A stretch of 57,965 nucleotides of DNA from the IMG/VR virus record IMGVR_UViG_3300028398_000001, positions 1 through 57,965 of that record; one strand, given 5' to 3'. Under the pieces are notes generated by a model, which saw only the letters and a program-made list of their open reading frames with translations, had not been told where the DNA came from and searched no databases. Position 1 is the stretch's first letter. Each line of letters starts with the position of its first letter. This stretch comes from a virus. Lineage: Duplodnaviria > Caudoviricetes. Of this stretch, positions 8,985-18,095 are shown one piece after another. The translations under genes were made by a program, and so were the position numbers.

Positions 8985-9790
8985 AATTTGGGCTTGAAAT
9001 AGAGTTTTTAAATTACGATTATGATAATTATCTATACGACCCGACGGTATATGATTTATTTGAGGGATGGCTGCATACCAGAGAATATTATCAAGGTATG
9101 CAGGAAATTATATCTCCGCCATTTAAATTTAACAAAAAAAATGTTTATCAGGCTATAAGAGAAGGTATGAGAATAATAAAAAGAACAAGCTATGAAAGCG
9201 GGTGCAAGAGCTTGCTATATAGCAAGCCGATTTATAAATATGATGGAGTTATATCCGCTGGGGTGCATATCCATTTAAGCTTTAGCAAAAAAGAGGGTAA
9301 TATGATAGGCAAATTATATAGCTATATACCAACGGAGGCAATGTATAGGATTATAAAAGAGTATGAGCAGATTTTTGGTTGGGGTATTAGAAGCAAGCTA
9401 TCTCATCATATTTGGGGAGCTTTAAGAAGTTATAATTATAGCTTTAAGCAAAAGGATAGGTTTTTGCCAGTGGCATTATCTCCAAGAAAGGCAAGAAAGC
9501 CTTTAACGGTAGAGATAAGGCTGCTGGATTTGGAAGATATATTAAAGCCAGCAAAAGTTTACAGGTTTCTTAAAAACTCAATAGAGATTTTAAGAACCAA
9601 CCTTGATGTCAAAAATCATATTAAATACAACGATAAATTATATAAAGATTATGTGTTTCCTTATAACAATATTGATAGCGAGGATGAGGGCTATGAGAAT
9701 GTGGATGATATTATAAGCCAAGAGGGGTTATATAAAAAATCTAACAATGCATTTTATTTTAAAGATGGAAGATTAAGGAGGTTAAGATGA
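8978..9790 (+). CDS. Putative amidoligase (COOH-NH2 ligase) 2
   Basis: GLEIEF, QEIISPP, AGVHIHLS, TVEIR. Confidence 0.8.
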   Translation: MVKFGLEIEFLNYDYDNYLYDPTVYDLFEGWLHTREYYQGMQEIISPPFKFNKKNVYQAIREGMRIIKRTSYESGCKSLLYSKPIYKYDGVISAGVHIHLSFSKKEGNMIGKLYSYIPTEAMYRIIKEYEQIFGWGIRSKLSHHIWGALRSYNYSFKQKDRFLPVALSPRKARKPLTVEIRLLDLEDILKPAKVYRFLKNSIEILRTNLDVKNHIKYNDKLYKDYVFPYNNIDSEDEGYENVDDIISQEGLYKKSNNAFYFKDGRLRRLR

Positions 9791-10161
9791 AGTTATTTGT
9801 TTATGGAACGCTAAAGAGGGGTTGGGGTAACCACAGCCTTATAAAAGAGGCTGATGGTAAATTTTTATACAAGGATTTTACTAAAGACAAATTTTGCTTA
9901 TCAACTGTAGGGTTTCCGTATATGTTTAGGTGTGCAAGCGATTGCACTTATAGGGGTTATGTGCTTGGAGAGGTATATTTAGTGCCAAAAACTAAAATAT
10001 ATCTCATAGATGCATTGGAAGGTCATCCTGAATGGTATAACAGGGAGATAATAGAACTTCAAAACGGAGATAAAGCTTGGGCATATATTATGCCAAGCTT
10101 TGATTGCCAGCATTACGAGGGAGAAATTATTAAGCCATATAAAGACAAATTAGAATTTTAG
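9787..10161 (+). CDS. Gamma-glutamylcyclotransferase (AIG2-like)
   Basis: LFVYGTLKRG, GEVY, IDALEGHP.WY.R, AWAY. Confidence 0.92.
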   Translation: MKLFVYGTLKRGWGNHSLIKEADGKFLYKDFTKDKFCLSTVGFPYMFRCASDCTYRGYVLGEVYLVPKTKIYLIDALEGHPEWYNREIIELQNGDKAWAYIMPSFDCQHYEGEIIKPYKDKLEF

Positions 10162-10173
10162 AGGGGGTTAAAA

Positions 10174-10332
10174 ATGAAGCCGACGAGTTATCCAAGTGAC
10201 AAGATAATAGATGGTGCTAATAGCACTGTCTATTATCTAAAGTCAGCTATATGGGATAAGGAGAGGGGAGTTTGGGAATGTATATACGAGAGTATATCTC
10301 CATTAGATTATTTAATTTTAGAATTTTGTTGA
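10174..10332 (+). CDS. Small hypothetical protein (52 aa, below the ORF-track cutoff)
   Basis: RBS GAGGGGG, MKPTSYPSDK...ILEFC; fills the gap between genes. Confidence 0.6.
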   Translation: MKPTSYPSDKIIDGANSTVYYLKSAIWDKERGVWECIYESISPLDYLILEFC

Positions 10333-10345
10333 AAGGGGTGTTAAA

Positions 10346-10555
10346 ATGTATGTTATCTGGAATGTAAAGAGGGGTAAAACAAATGAATTTTTAAGCAAGC
10401 ATTTTGGAATTAGGCAACAGTATTTGCCAAACTCAAATGTAATTATTAAGGAGTGGAGGGGTAACAAACTAATAAAAGGAGATTATGCATATATAGAAGA
10501 TTTGCAGCTGCCTATTATTTTTGAAGGAGGAGAAAATGAGGATAGAAGCTATTAA
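10346..10555 (+). CDS. Small hypothetical protein
   Basis: RBS AGGGG, tightly packed operon. Confidence 0.7.
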   Translation: MYVIWNVKRGKTNEFLSKHFGIRQQYLPNSNVIIKEWRGNKLIKGDYAYIEDLQLPIIFEGGENEDRSY

Positions 10556-10796
10556 CAAAAATCATCAAGTTATACACACAAAAGAAGGAGCTTTTTTGTT
10601 TAGCTATGGAGTTTTAGTGGCAAGTGTTAAAGCAAATGGCACGGTTTATGTATATCCTAAATGGAATTATTCAAGAACAACCACAAAATATGTATGTAAC
10701 TTTTTAGGATATGTAAGTAAAAAAGATGTTGAAAAAGCTATAAAAGAAGGTAAAATAATTTTTAAGGAGGGTAGTGATGAGAAAATTTTTGAATAA
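10536..10796 (+). CDS. Small hypothetical phage protein (SY..VA / YSRTT.KY..FL motif)
   Basis: ATG 10536 after AGGAGG. Confidence 0.7.
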   Translation: MRIEAINKNHQVIHTKEGAFLFSYGVLVASVKANGTVYVYPKWNYSRTTTKYVCNFLGYVSKKDVEKAIKEGKIIFKEGSDEKIFE

Positions 10797-10989
10797 AAGC
10801 TTTAAAGAATTTATACAACGCAGGGCTATCAGCAAAGAAAGAAAAAAGAGAATTCTAAAAGTATTAGACAAAGATAAAGTATTAATCATCTATGATAGCA
10901 ACTGGGGTTTTGTATATGAAGGAGAAATACCAAATTATGTATATGAAGAAATAAAAAAGTTTGAAAGGAGTGGAGAATGGAAAGATTAA
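10774..10989 (+). CDS. Small hypothetical protein
   Basis: RBS AGGAGG, overlaps both neighbours. Confidence 0.65.
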   Translation: MMRKFLNKSFKEFIQRRAISKERKKRILKVLDKDKVLIIYDSNWGFVYEGEIPNYVYEEIKKFERSGEWKD

Positions 10990-11204
10990 GACTTGAGAAT
11001 TTAGAAAGGGCTAAAGATTATCTATCTTTAGCCAAATTCTATACCAACCAAACTGGTATAGATAGCGATATTGTTGACGCTATTGATGAAATTATGGATG
11101 AGATAGAGTTTAGAATGGAGCAGCTGGAAGAAGAACTTGGCTATAAGCCGAGAAAATATATTGAAATAGAGGAGGATGAAATTTATGCAAGTGAAGACTA
11201 TTGA
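10977..11204 (+). CDS. Small highly acidic hypothetical protein
   Basis: 75 aa, D/E-rich, RBS GGAG. Confidence 0.65.
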   Translation: MERLRLENLERAKDYLSLAKFYTNQTGIDSDIVDAIDEIMDEIEFRMEQLEEELGYKPRKYIEIEEDEIYASEDY

Positions 11205-11781
11205 AAGAAAGAAAAGCAAAGAGATTGATGAAATTGAGGAGTTAAGGGAAAGTATTAAAAAAAGGATTAAAGAAATAGATAAAAACTGGGTAGATATATC
11301 ATTAGATTTATGGTATATCTACCAAGATGATATTTATTATATCTGGGGTTATGAAAGATTTAAAGATTATATTGAAGATGAGCTTGATGTAGGATACAGA
11401 ACTATAGCCTATAGAGTGAAAATTGGCAAGGCTATAGAACAGTATAATATAGATAAGAATATTATATCAGAAATAGGTTGGAGTAAGTTTAAGGAACTAT
11501 TGCCATTTTTATCTCCTTCAAAGAAACGGAATGAAATATTATTTAAAATGGCAATGGAAATGAGTTTAAGGGAATTACAGGCAAAACTAAAAAAACCAAC
11601 AGAAAAGGAGGTGAAAAGGTATAGTTTTAGCTTTAATATGGAACAGGCAGAGATTATTGAAAAGGCTTTAAGTCTTGGGGGTAGTATGTTAGGAACAACG
11701 GATAAAAGCAGAATTCTTGAGGCAATTTTAAGCGATTGGTTAATGAATAATTTGGAAGAGAAAGGAGAAAAAGATGGCTAA
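11176..11781 (+). CDS. Hypothetical phage protein, possibly DNA-binding
   Basis: GYERFKDYIEDELDVGYRTIAY helix-turn-helix-like segment. Confidence 0.6.
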   Translation: MKFMQVKTIERKKSKEIDEIEELRESIKKRIKEIDKNWVDISLDLWYIYQDDIYYIWGYERFKDYIEDELDVGYRTIAYRVKIGKAIEQYNIDKNIISEIGWSKFKELLPFLSPSKKRNEILFKMAMEMSLRELQAKLKKPTEKEVKRYSFSFNMEQAEIIEKALSLGGSMLGTTDKSRILEAILSDWLMNNLEEKGEKDG

Positions 11782-12160
11782 AGTAAAAAGTGAAGTTAAA
11801 AAGAGTGTGGAAACTAAAAAAAGATTAACAGAAATTGAAAAGCTGGTGGTAAGAGCTGGAAAAATAAAAGAAAAATACGATGAATTAAGCAAGATGTTAA
11901 AGGAAACAAAGGATAAACTTGCTGAAATTATGGAAAACGGGCAGGAAATACAGGTTGGTAATTACAAGGTTAAAAAAATTGAGAAGATAAGAGCTGATAT
12001 CTTGCCAGAATTAGTTGCTAAAAAGCTTAAAAAGAGTGAGCTGGTTGAGGTTGTAAGTGTAAGCAAAACTAAATTAAGTAAATATATGAGCGACAAAGAA
12101 ATTATGGAATGCGAGGGCGACAAGAAAGTAATAAATGAAATAAAAATAAGCTATAAGTAA
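11774..12160 (+). CDS. Lysine-rich hypothetical protein
   Basis: 128 aa with RBS AGGAG, coiled-coil N-terminal half. Confidence 0.7.
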   Translation: MAKVKSEVKKSVETKKRLTEIEKLVVRAGKIKEKYDELSKMLKETKDKLAEIMENGQEIQVGNYKVKKIEKIRADILPELVAKKLKKSELVEVVSVSKTKLSKYMSDKEIMECEGDKKVINEIKISYK

Positions 12161-12183
12161 AAGGCAAGGCTTTTTGCCTTGCC
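12160..12183. terminator. Intergenic hairpin (possible terminator)
   Basis: GGCAAGGC-TTTTT-GCCTTGCC; short T-tract on the - strand only. Confidence 0.5.
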
Positions 12184-12208
12184 ACTTATAAAAAAGAAAG
12201 GAGATAAT

Positions 12209-13549
12209 ATGATTTTAGATATGTATAATAGTATTATTTGGATAAATAGCAAGGATTTTGCAGGTAATATTTTAGCAATTAGCAAAGAAATAAAGGAATT
12301 CAACAAGAAAGATTATAAACATAGCAGTTGCCTTTATATCAGAAGATATGGATTGGAGCTATATTTATATAGCTTAAATTATGGATTTTATTTAGTTGAT
12401 GGAGTAAAGGATAAAAAAACTGGTGAAATATTTAAAAGCTTAATAGATTTTAATCACAGCGGAGTTTATATTTTTAAAGATATTGACAAAATATTAGAGC
12501 TTGATGAGCGTTTAAAACTAAAATTCTGGGATTATATAGCTAATAATTATACCAAGTTTAAAGAAAATTGCATAAAAATAGTATTTATAGGCGATTTAAA
12601 CACTGTAACGGATGAAGTAAGGGATTTGTTAATAAATATTGATACAAAAAATCAGGTTAATGAAATTAAAGATGAGATTTTTAATGCTAATAAGATTAAA
12701 AAATCGGATAGAATGCGGCTGATTAATTTTAACACTGCAAAAATATTAACTTTACTGAATTCAAAAATAAAATACTATCCTAATTCAAGCTTTTTGATAC
12801 CTGTAAAAAGTGAAATCACTTTCAACGAGGTTGGTGGCGTTCAAGATATTGAACAATACATAGAAATGTATAAAAAAGTTTACTTTAAAAAAATTAACAG
12901 ACTTAATTTATTATTAACTGGAGCAGCGGGAGTAGGAAAAACTATTACAGCTAAAGCAATTGCTAATAGTTTAGATTTGCCTTTGTATTTGGTGGATATG
13001 GGAAAGATTTTTAATAGTTTTTTAGGTAAAACGGAAGAAAACATAAGAAAACTATGGGATGAAATTAAATTAATATCGCCTGCAGTTATTTTATTTGATG
13101 AGATTGAGAAATTATTAGCAGGAGCAAGCAGCAGTAATGATAGCGACGCAGGAACAACGGCAAGAATTATGGGCTATATGCTTTATCAATTACAAGAGCA
13201 TAAAATACCAGCGGTTATAATAGGCACTGTTAACAACATTAAGGCATTGCCAGAGGAATTTTTTAGAGAGGAAAGATGGGATAAAATATTTACAATTACA
13301 ACAGCTTCAAAGGATTATATAAAAGATGTGGTGCGTAAGTATTTAATCAAAAATAATATTGAATTTGATGAGCACTCATTAGATAGAATAATACACTTTT
13401 TAAAGCTAAAAGGTTATATGACAGGAGCAAGGATAGTAAATACACTAAAGGATATAATATTTAGGATGGTGGCAAATGAAATACCTATAACGGCAATAAA
13501 CATAGTTGGCATATTAGAAAATGAAATATCAGGAGGTAATGATGTTTAG
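12209..13549 (+). CDS. AAA+ ATPase (Ycf46-like classical AAA)
   Basis: Walker A GAAGVGKT, Walker B VILFDEIEK, DAGTTAR, LPEEFFREERWD; ATG 12209 after AGGAG. Confidence 0.88.
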   Translation: MILDMYNSIIWINSKDFAGNILAISKEIKEFNKKDYKHSSCLYIRRYGLELYLYSLNYGFYLVDGVKDKKTGEIFKSLIDFNHSGVYIFKDIDKILELDERLKLKFWDYIANNYTKFKENCIKIVFIGDLNTVTDEVRDLLINIDTKNQVNEIKDEIFNANKIKKSDRMRLINFNTAKILTLLNSKIKYYPNSSFLIPVKSEITFNEVGGVQDIEQYIEMYKKVYFKKINRLNLLLTGAAGVGKTITAKAIANSLDLPLYLVDMGKIFNSFLGKTEENIRKLWDEIKLISPAVILFDEIEKLLAGASSSNDSDAGTTARIMGYMLYQLQEHKIPAVIIGTVNNIKALPEEFFREERWDKIFTITTASKDYIKDVVRKYLIKNNIEFDEHSLDRIIHFLKLKGYMTGARIVNTLKDIIFRMVANEIPITAINIVGILENEISGGNDV

Positions 13550-13994
13550 TAAAAAGTTGAGAAATTGGCTTGAGATACCCTTCAAGAAAAATGAGATTAT
13601 TATAATTGAATATATAACACGGATAATGCTGGTTGATAAAAGACCTGTTTCTTTAAATTATAGAGATATTGTAAAGTTTTTTGAAAAACAATATGACCCT
13701 AATGCTGTTGGTTATTGGTTTAGAAGATTAGAGAAAAACAAAATTGTAAAATGCAAAAAAGTAAATATTAAGATTGTGGATGTAAACAGAAGTAAAAACT
13801 TTTGGAGAACTGCTAAATGGAAAAAGCTATGCTTCATAGATTTTAGCAAGATAATTGAGTATTATATGAGCAAATATCCTTTTATAGAAATACCAAAATC
13901 TGTTTTAAAGGAGCTGGCAGAGCTTCAAGATGAGATAATAGAGATTATGAAAAGGTATAAGAATGAAAGTAAAGATGAACAGAAAGATAGTTGA
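13542..13994 (+). CDS. Hypothetical protein, possible winged-helix DNA binder
   Basis: RBS AGGAGG; LNYRDIV...AVGYWFRRLEKNKIV pattern. Confidence 0.55.
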   Translation: MFSKKLRNWLEIPFKKNEIIIIEYITRIMLVDKRPVSLNYRDIVKFFEKQYDPNAVGYWFRRLEKNKIVKCKKVNIKIVDVNRSKNFWRTAKWKKLCFIDFSKIIEYYMSKYPFIEIPKSVLKELAELQDEIIEIMKRYKNESKDEQKDS

Positions 13995-14439
13995 GCAAAA
14001 TATTAAAGCAGCTGTTATCTTTGCTTTTATAAAATCAGTTTATAGTTTGGAAATAAAAGGTTTGGATAAAAAATCTATATATCTGAACCTTAAAATCAAC
14101 AAGAGAACAGCATATAAATATATAAATTATTTATACAACACGGGATATATTACAGAAGATTTAAAACCAAATGAAGAAACTGGCGATTATATATTCTATC
14201 AAGCCAGAATTTTCTTACAAGGATTGGAATTTAAAGATTTACAAGTAATGTTTTCCATTTACTACTTTAGAAATTACTACAGCAATGAGCTCTATCCTTC
14301 AACACAATCACTTTTAAACATAGCCAGAGTAAGAAAAGCAAATCTATTTAGAATTTTAAACAAACTTGAGGACAAAAAATTAATTGAAAGATATTTTAAA
14401 GATGGGAAAAGAATAATAAAAGTAAGGGAGATAAAATGA
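13963..14439 (+). CDS. Winged-helix protein, candidate replication initiator
   Basis: Two wHTH-like units incl. LYPSTQSLLNIARVRKANLFRILNKLEDKKLIER; iterons lie just downstream. Confidence 0.6.
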   Translation: MKVKMNRKIVEQNIKAAVIFAFIKSVYSLEIKGLDKKSIYLNLKINKRTAYKYINYLYNTGYITEDLKPNEETGDYIFYQARIFLQGLEFKDLQVMFSIYYFRNYYSNELYPSTQSLLNIARVRKANLFRILNKLEDKKLIERYFKDGKRIIKVREIK

Positions 14440-14987
14440 AATCGATTTCTTATGAGGTAATCTTTAAAACACCTACACTCATCGCAGGCAAACAGAAAAA
14501 TGAAGTTTCTGTTCGTATTCATACCATCGGTATAAAAGAGAACACCCTTAAATTTGAAAAACGAATGCAAAGCACCTGTGATGTCATAGAAGGAGCAGCT
14601 GGGTGCAAAAGGGATACCTCGACCCCTGTTTTGGGTGCAAAAGGGATACCTCCCGAGTGCAAAAGGGATACCTCGACCCACCCTTCTGGGTGCAAAAGGG
14701 ATACCTCGAGACCCCCTTCGGGTGCAAAAGGGACACCCCGAACATATTATAAGATTTTAAAATCTTTTATAAATAAATTTATAAAATTCTTTAAAATCTT
14801 ACTACCCCACCCACCACCCTATGAAAATTTCTTAAAAAGAAATTTTGACATTGAGGTGTTTAAAGAAGAAGAGAAGAAGAAGACCTCTGTAAGAGCAGCA
14901 AGATTGTTTAAGATTTTTTATTTTTCTTTTTGTGCCAGTGATTTAGTTATTTATGTAAATTACAAAACTTATTTGGAGGTGATTTAA
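14436..14987 (+). CDS. ORF spanning the iteron array (hypothetical)
   Basis: ATGA and TAATG coupling at the two ends; the repeats are translated in different frames. Confidence 0.4.
   Translation: MKSISYEVIFKTPTLIAGKQKNEVSVRIHTIGIKENTLKFEKRMQSTCDVIEGAAGCKRDTSTPVLGAKGIPPECKRDTSTHPSGCKRDTSRPPSGAKGTPRTYYKILKSFINKFIKFFKILLPHPPPYENFLKRNFDIEVFKEEEKKKTSVRAARLFKIFYFSFCASDLVIYVNYKTYLEVI
14601..14740 (+). repeat. Five 18-bp iterons GTGCAAAAGGGATACCTC; putative replication origin
   Basis: Cores at 14603, 14635, 14657, 14690, 14722 (last has 2 mismatches). Confidence 0.85.
14750..14801. repeat. AT-rich inverted repeat; putative DNA unwinding element
   Basis: TAAGATTTTAA/TTAAAATCTTA outer arms, TTTTATAAAT/ATTTATAAAA inner arms. 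Confidence 0.7.
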
Positions 14988-15388
14988 TGGTTGATTTAGA
15001 ATTGATTAAAAATCAGGTTAATAGCAAAATGAATGTAAACAAAAAAATCAAAAAAGGAAATGCTAAAATGTTGCTGAATGTGTTTAACAAGTATTTGAAA
15101 GAGAAGTTTGGTGTAAGAGAAAGTATGAGTTTAGCAAATCAGCGGATAGTAAAAGAGATTAAAAAGATGTGTGATGAAAATGATATTGATTATGCTAAAT
15201 TCATTGAGGATGTTGTAATGAATTGGAGTTATTATCAAAGTAAATTCTTTAAAGCTAAAAGTTTGCCTATTCCTCAACTTAAATTTATTGCTGGAAACTT
15301 TACTGCTCTTGTGGTAATATCAAAAGAGAAGATGGATGGTAATACTAAAAAAGGTTTAAAGTCAGTTTTCTTGGAAGGAGAAGATTAA
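14987..15388 (+). CDS. Hypothetical replication-module protein
   Basis: 133 aa, RBS GGAGG. Confidence 0.7.
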   Translation: MVDLELIKNQVNSKMNVNKKIKKGNAKMLLNVFNKYLKEKFGVRESMSLANQRIVKEIKKMCDENDIDYAKFIEDVVMNWSYYQSKFFKAKSLPIPQLKFIAGNFTALVVISKEKMDGNTKKGLKSVFLEGED

Positions 15389-15528
15389 AATGTTGAAATC
15401 GACTACAAGGGGGTATATTTGCCCTCTATTGAGTTTTATACTCAAATTCGATGAATTATACATTTTTATTAAAAAGTCTTCAAATAGACCCCTTACTTTT
15501 GAGTATAGAGGATTTGAGGAGGTAAGTT

Positions 15529-15921
15529 ATGGAATTTTTGGAGATGGTTAAAAATGATGATAAGAGATTAATAATCTTTCACGCTATGATTAACCCTGTT
15601 AAATTGTATGAAACAAGCAGGAAATATGCCAAATCATTAAGGAAATTATACAAACATAAGAACACTTACCTGGAAATTGATTTAACTAATTACTATGATG
15701 AAATCTATTTGCCAAATAGTTTTATAATTATGGCTATAAATTCTGATGCAATTACACCTATGTATAAAAATCATATAGCTTCATTAATTATACAAAGAGT
15801 AAACAACAATAAGTTTACTGTATTGCCTGTGGTAAACATTGATTATTTTGAAAAGCTGTATGGTGATACACCCTTGTATAAATATGCAGAAAATTTTGCA
15901 TTGATTATTGAAGTGAGGTGA
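15529..15921 (+). CDS. Hypothetical protein, weakly like the C-terminal half of DnaC/IstB loaders
   Basis: SLIIQRVNNNKFTVL resembles the loader motif; directly before dnaB; no Walker A. Confidence 0.45.
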   Translation: MEFLEMVKNDDKRLIIFHAMINPVKLYETSRKYAKSLRKLYKHKNTYLEIDLTNYYDEIYLPNSFIIMAINSDAITPMYKNHIASLIIQRVNNNKFTVLPVVNIDYFEKLYGDTPLYKYAENFALIIEVR

Positions 15922-15925
15922 AAGT

Positions 15926-17140
15926 ATGTTAACAATTGGTGCTGAATTATTGTTAAGGATAGTAAGTGAAAGCGATTTCAAAGCTTTATCAAAGCTTAAT
16001 AAAAAGCTGTTTGTTGATAATGAGCTGCAGCTCTATTACTACATTGTAAATTTTGTTAGCAAGTATAATTCATTTCCTAACACGGAAACATTTATTGCTG
16101 ATAATAATTTAACAGTTGAGAATTTGCCTAAAGAACCTATTGAATACTATCTTGATAAAATAAATAGAAGATTTACAAAAAATCTTATCTTGGAAAATAT
16201 TGGTGAGATAAATAAAGCACTATCAAAAAATAAAATAGACAAGGTAGTTAATATTTTTGATAATCTTGTGGATGAAGTTAAAAGTATGCAAATTGATATG
16301 CAGGATAACTTTCTTAATTTTAAAGAGCTGTTAGAGTTGTCCTTAAATTTATCTTCAGAACACCGTATAAAGCAGCTGATAGGTATTACAACAGGCTGGA
16401 AAACTTTAGATGATACCATAAATGGATTTACAAAAGGTAATTTCTATCCTGTAGTTGCAAGGGTTAAAATGGGTAAGTCAGCTATTTTAATCTATATGAG
16501 TAGAAAAGCCTATCATACAGGTAATAAAGTTTTATTCTTTAGTTTAGAAATGCCAGCTATTGAAATAGCTGATAGGTTATTAGGTATGGAATTTAAAGTA
16601 AATAAGAATTCTATTACAAAAGGAAGATTATCTTCATTTACAGAATATAATTTGAGAGAAGAAATTGATACTTTAATAAACCCAGAAAATTACAAACTTG
16701 TTGATGGTAAATTTAGCACTTCTATAAAAGAAGTTGAATACATTGTAAAGCAATACAGACCAGACATTGTTTATATTGATGGAGCTTATTTATTAAGAGC
16801 AAATAGAAGATTTAATGCTAAATGGGAATTAGTTACTTATACTGCAGAGCAATTAAAATATCTGGCTATGGATTTGCAAATTCCTATTGTTGCTTCATAT
16901 CAGTTTAACAGAAACATAAGCAGAAAAGCTGATGAGATTTCAGACAAAGGATTTGAAAACATTGGATTATCAGATGCAATTTCTCAATTAGCTTCTGTTG
17001 GTATAGCTTTATTAAAGCCAAGTGATAGTGATACAACCAGAACCATTGAAATTATTGGTAGTAGAGATGGAGGAGCAGGTAAATTTACAATAAACTGGGA
17101 TTGGGAAAGAATGGATTTTAGTGAGGTAGATTATGAATAG
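15926..17140 (+). CDS. dnaB: DnaB-like replicative helicase
   Basis: GITTGW..LD, ARVKMGKS, FSLEM, VYIDG, QFNR. Confidence 0.93.
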   Translation: MLTIGAELLLRIVSESDFKALSKLNKKLFVDNELQLYYYIVNFVSKYNSFPNTETFIADNNLTVENLPKEPIEYYLDKINRRFTKNLILENIGEINKALSKNKIDKVVNIFDNLVDEVKSMQIDMQDNFLNFKELLELSLNLSSEHRIKQLIGITTGWKTLDDTINGFTKGNFYPVVARVKMGKSAILIYMSRKAYHTGNKVLFFSLEMPAIEIADRLLGMEFKVNKNSITKGRLSSFTEYNLREEIDTLINPENYKLVDGKFSTSIKEVEYIVKQYRPDIVYIDGAYLLRANRRFNAKWELVTYTAEQLKYLAMDLQIPIVASYQFNRNISRKADEISDKGFENIGLSDAISQLASVGIALLKPSDSDTTRTIEIIGSRDGGAGKFTINWDWERMDFSEVDYE

Positions 17141-18032
17141 ACAGTATATTGAAAAGATTTTTAGGTATTTTAAATCTAAAAAATTAAGATTTGGAAGTGA
17201 TTATGTAATGGGAAGCTGCCCATTTGCAAAGGCTTATCACAAAAATGGCGTTGATAGAAATCCATCTTTTTCAATTAGTTTAACAAATCCTTCTGTTTAT
17301 CATTGCTTTAGCTGTGGTGTTAAAGGTAGATTAATGAGCCTTCCTCATAATCTTGAAATGGTTTATAACAGAAGCTTTGATAAGTTAAGAAAGTTTATAA
17401 ACAAATATGAAAATGTAGAACTCATAAATCCTGTAAATGAAACTAAATCAAATTTAATACTTGATGATTATGCTATTGATGTATTCCCAAATATTACTCA
17501 CGATTGGAAACATATCAAGTTCAATATATTGAACAAATACAATGTCAAAGAATATAACAATATGATTATACTACCTTTTTATGGTAAAGATAATTTACTT
17601 TATGGAATTAAATACAGAGCTGATAGATTATTTTATACAGAAGGACATTTTAAAGAAGCTGGAATTTTTTATGGTATGCAATTTTATGATTTGGAAGACA
17701 TACTTTATATTGTGGAGGGTGAAAGAGATGTAATGCTTATGAACCAGTTTGGTATTAATAATGTTTGGGGTGTAAGTGGTGAACCATCTAAATCACAAAT
17801 TGAAACATTAAAGAAGCTGCCAAATGCTTTGGTTTTGTTTTTTGATGATGATGAAAGTGGCAGGAACTTCTTTAATAAAGTAGTAAGGGAGGTGATAAAA
17901 GTTGTGGATGTTTACTATGTAAGGGATTATTTTGGATGCAAAGACCCAGCTGAACTTTATGAAAAAGGTTTGCTGGATAAGGCTTTGCAATCGATTTCAC
18001 TGTGGTATGAACCTATTAAAATTTTTACTTGA
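17133..18032 (+). CDS. dnaG: DnaG-like primase
   Basis: CPF..H / HCFSC zinc finger, TOPRIM VEGERD and FDDDESG, KDP. Confidence 0.92.
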   Translation: MNRQYIEKIFRYFKSKKLRFGSDYVMGSCPFAKAYHKNGVDRNPSFSISLTNPSVYHCFSCGVKGRLMSLPHNLEMVYNRSFDKLRKFINKYENVELINPVNETKSNLILDDYAIDVFPNITHDWKHIKFNILNKYNVKEYNNMIILPFYGKDNLLYGIKYRADRLFYTEGHFKEAGIFYGMQFYDLEDILYIVEGERDVMLMNQFGINNVWGVSGEPSKSQIETLKKLPNALVLFFDDDESGRNFFNKVVREVIKVVDVYYVRDYFGCKDPAELYEKGLLDKALQSISLWYEPIKIFT

Positions 18033-18057
18033 CAAGGGTGTCTAAAAAGTATAAACT
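18029..18057 (+). promoter_or_regulatory. Sigma70-type promoter for the SSB gene
   Basis: TTGACA-N17-TAAACT. Confidence 0.75.
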
Positions 18058-18095
18058 AATCAGTAAGTTTGAGAAACTTTTTTAAGGAGGTTTTT

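Noticed and set aside
14601-14740. CRISPR mini-array
   Set aside because: Repeats are 18 bp with gaps of only 4-15 bp; this fits iterons, and there is no cas operon
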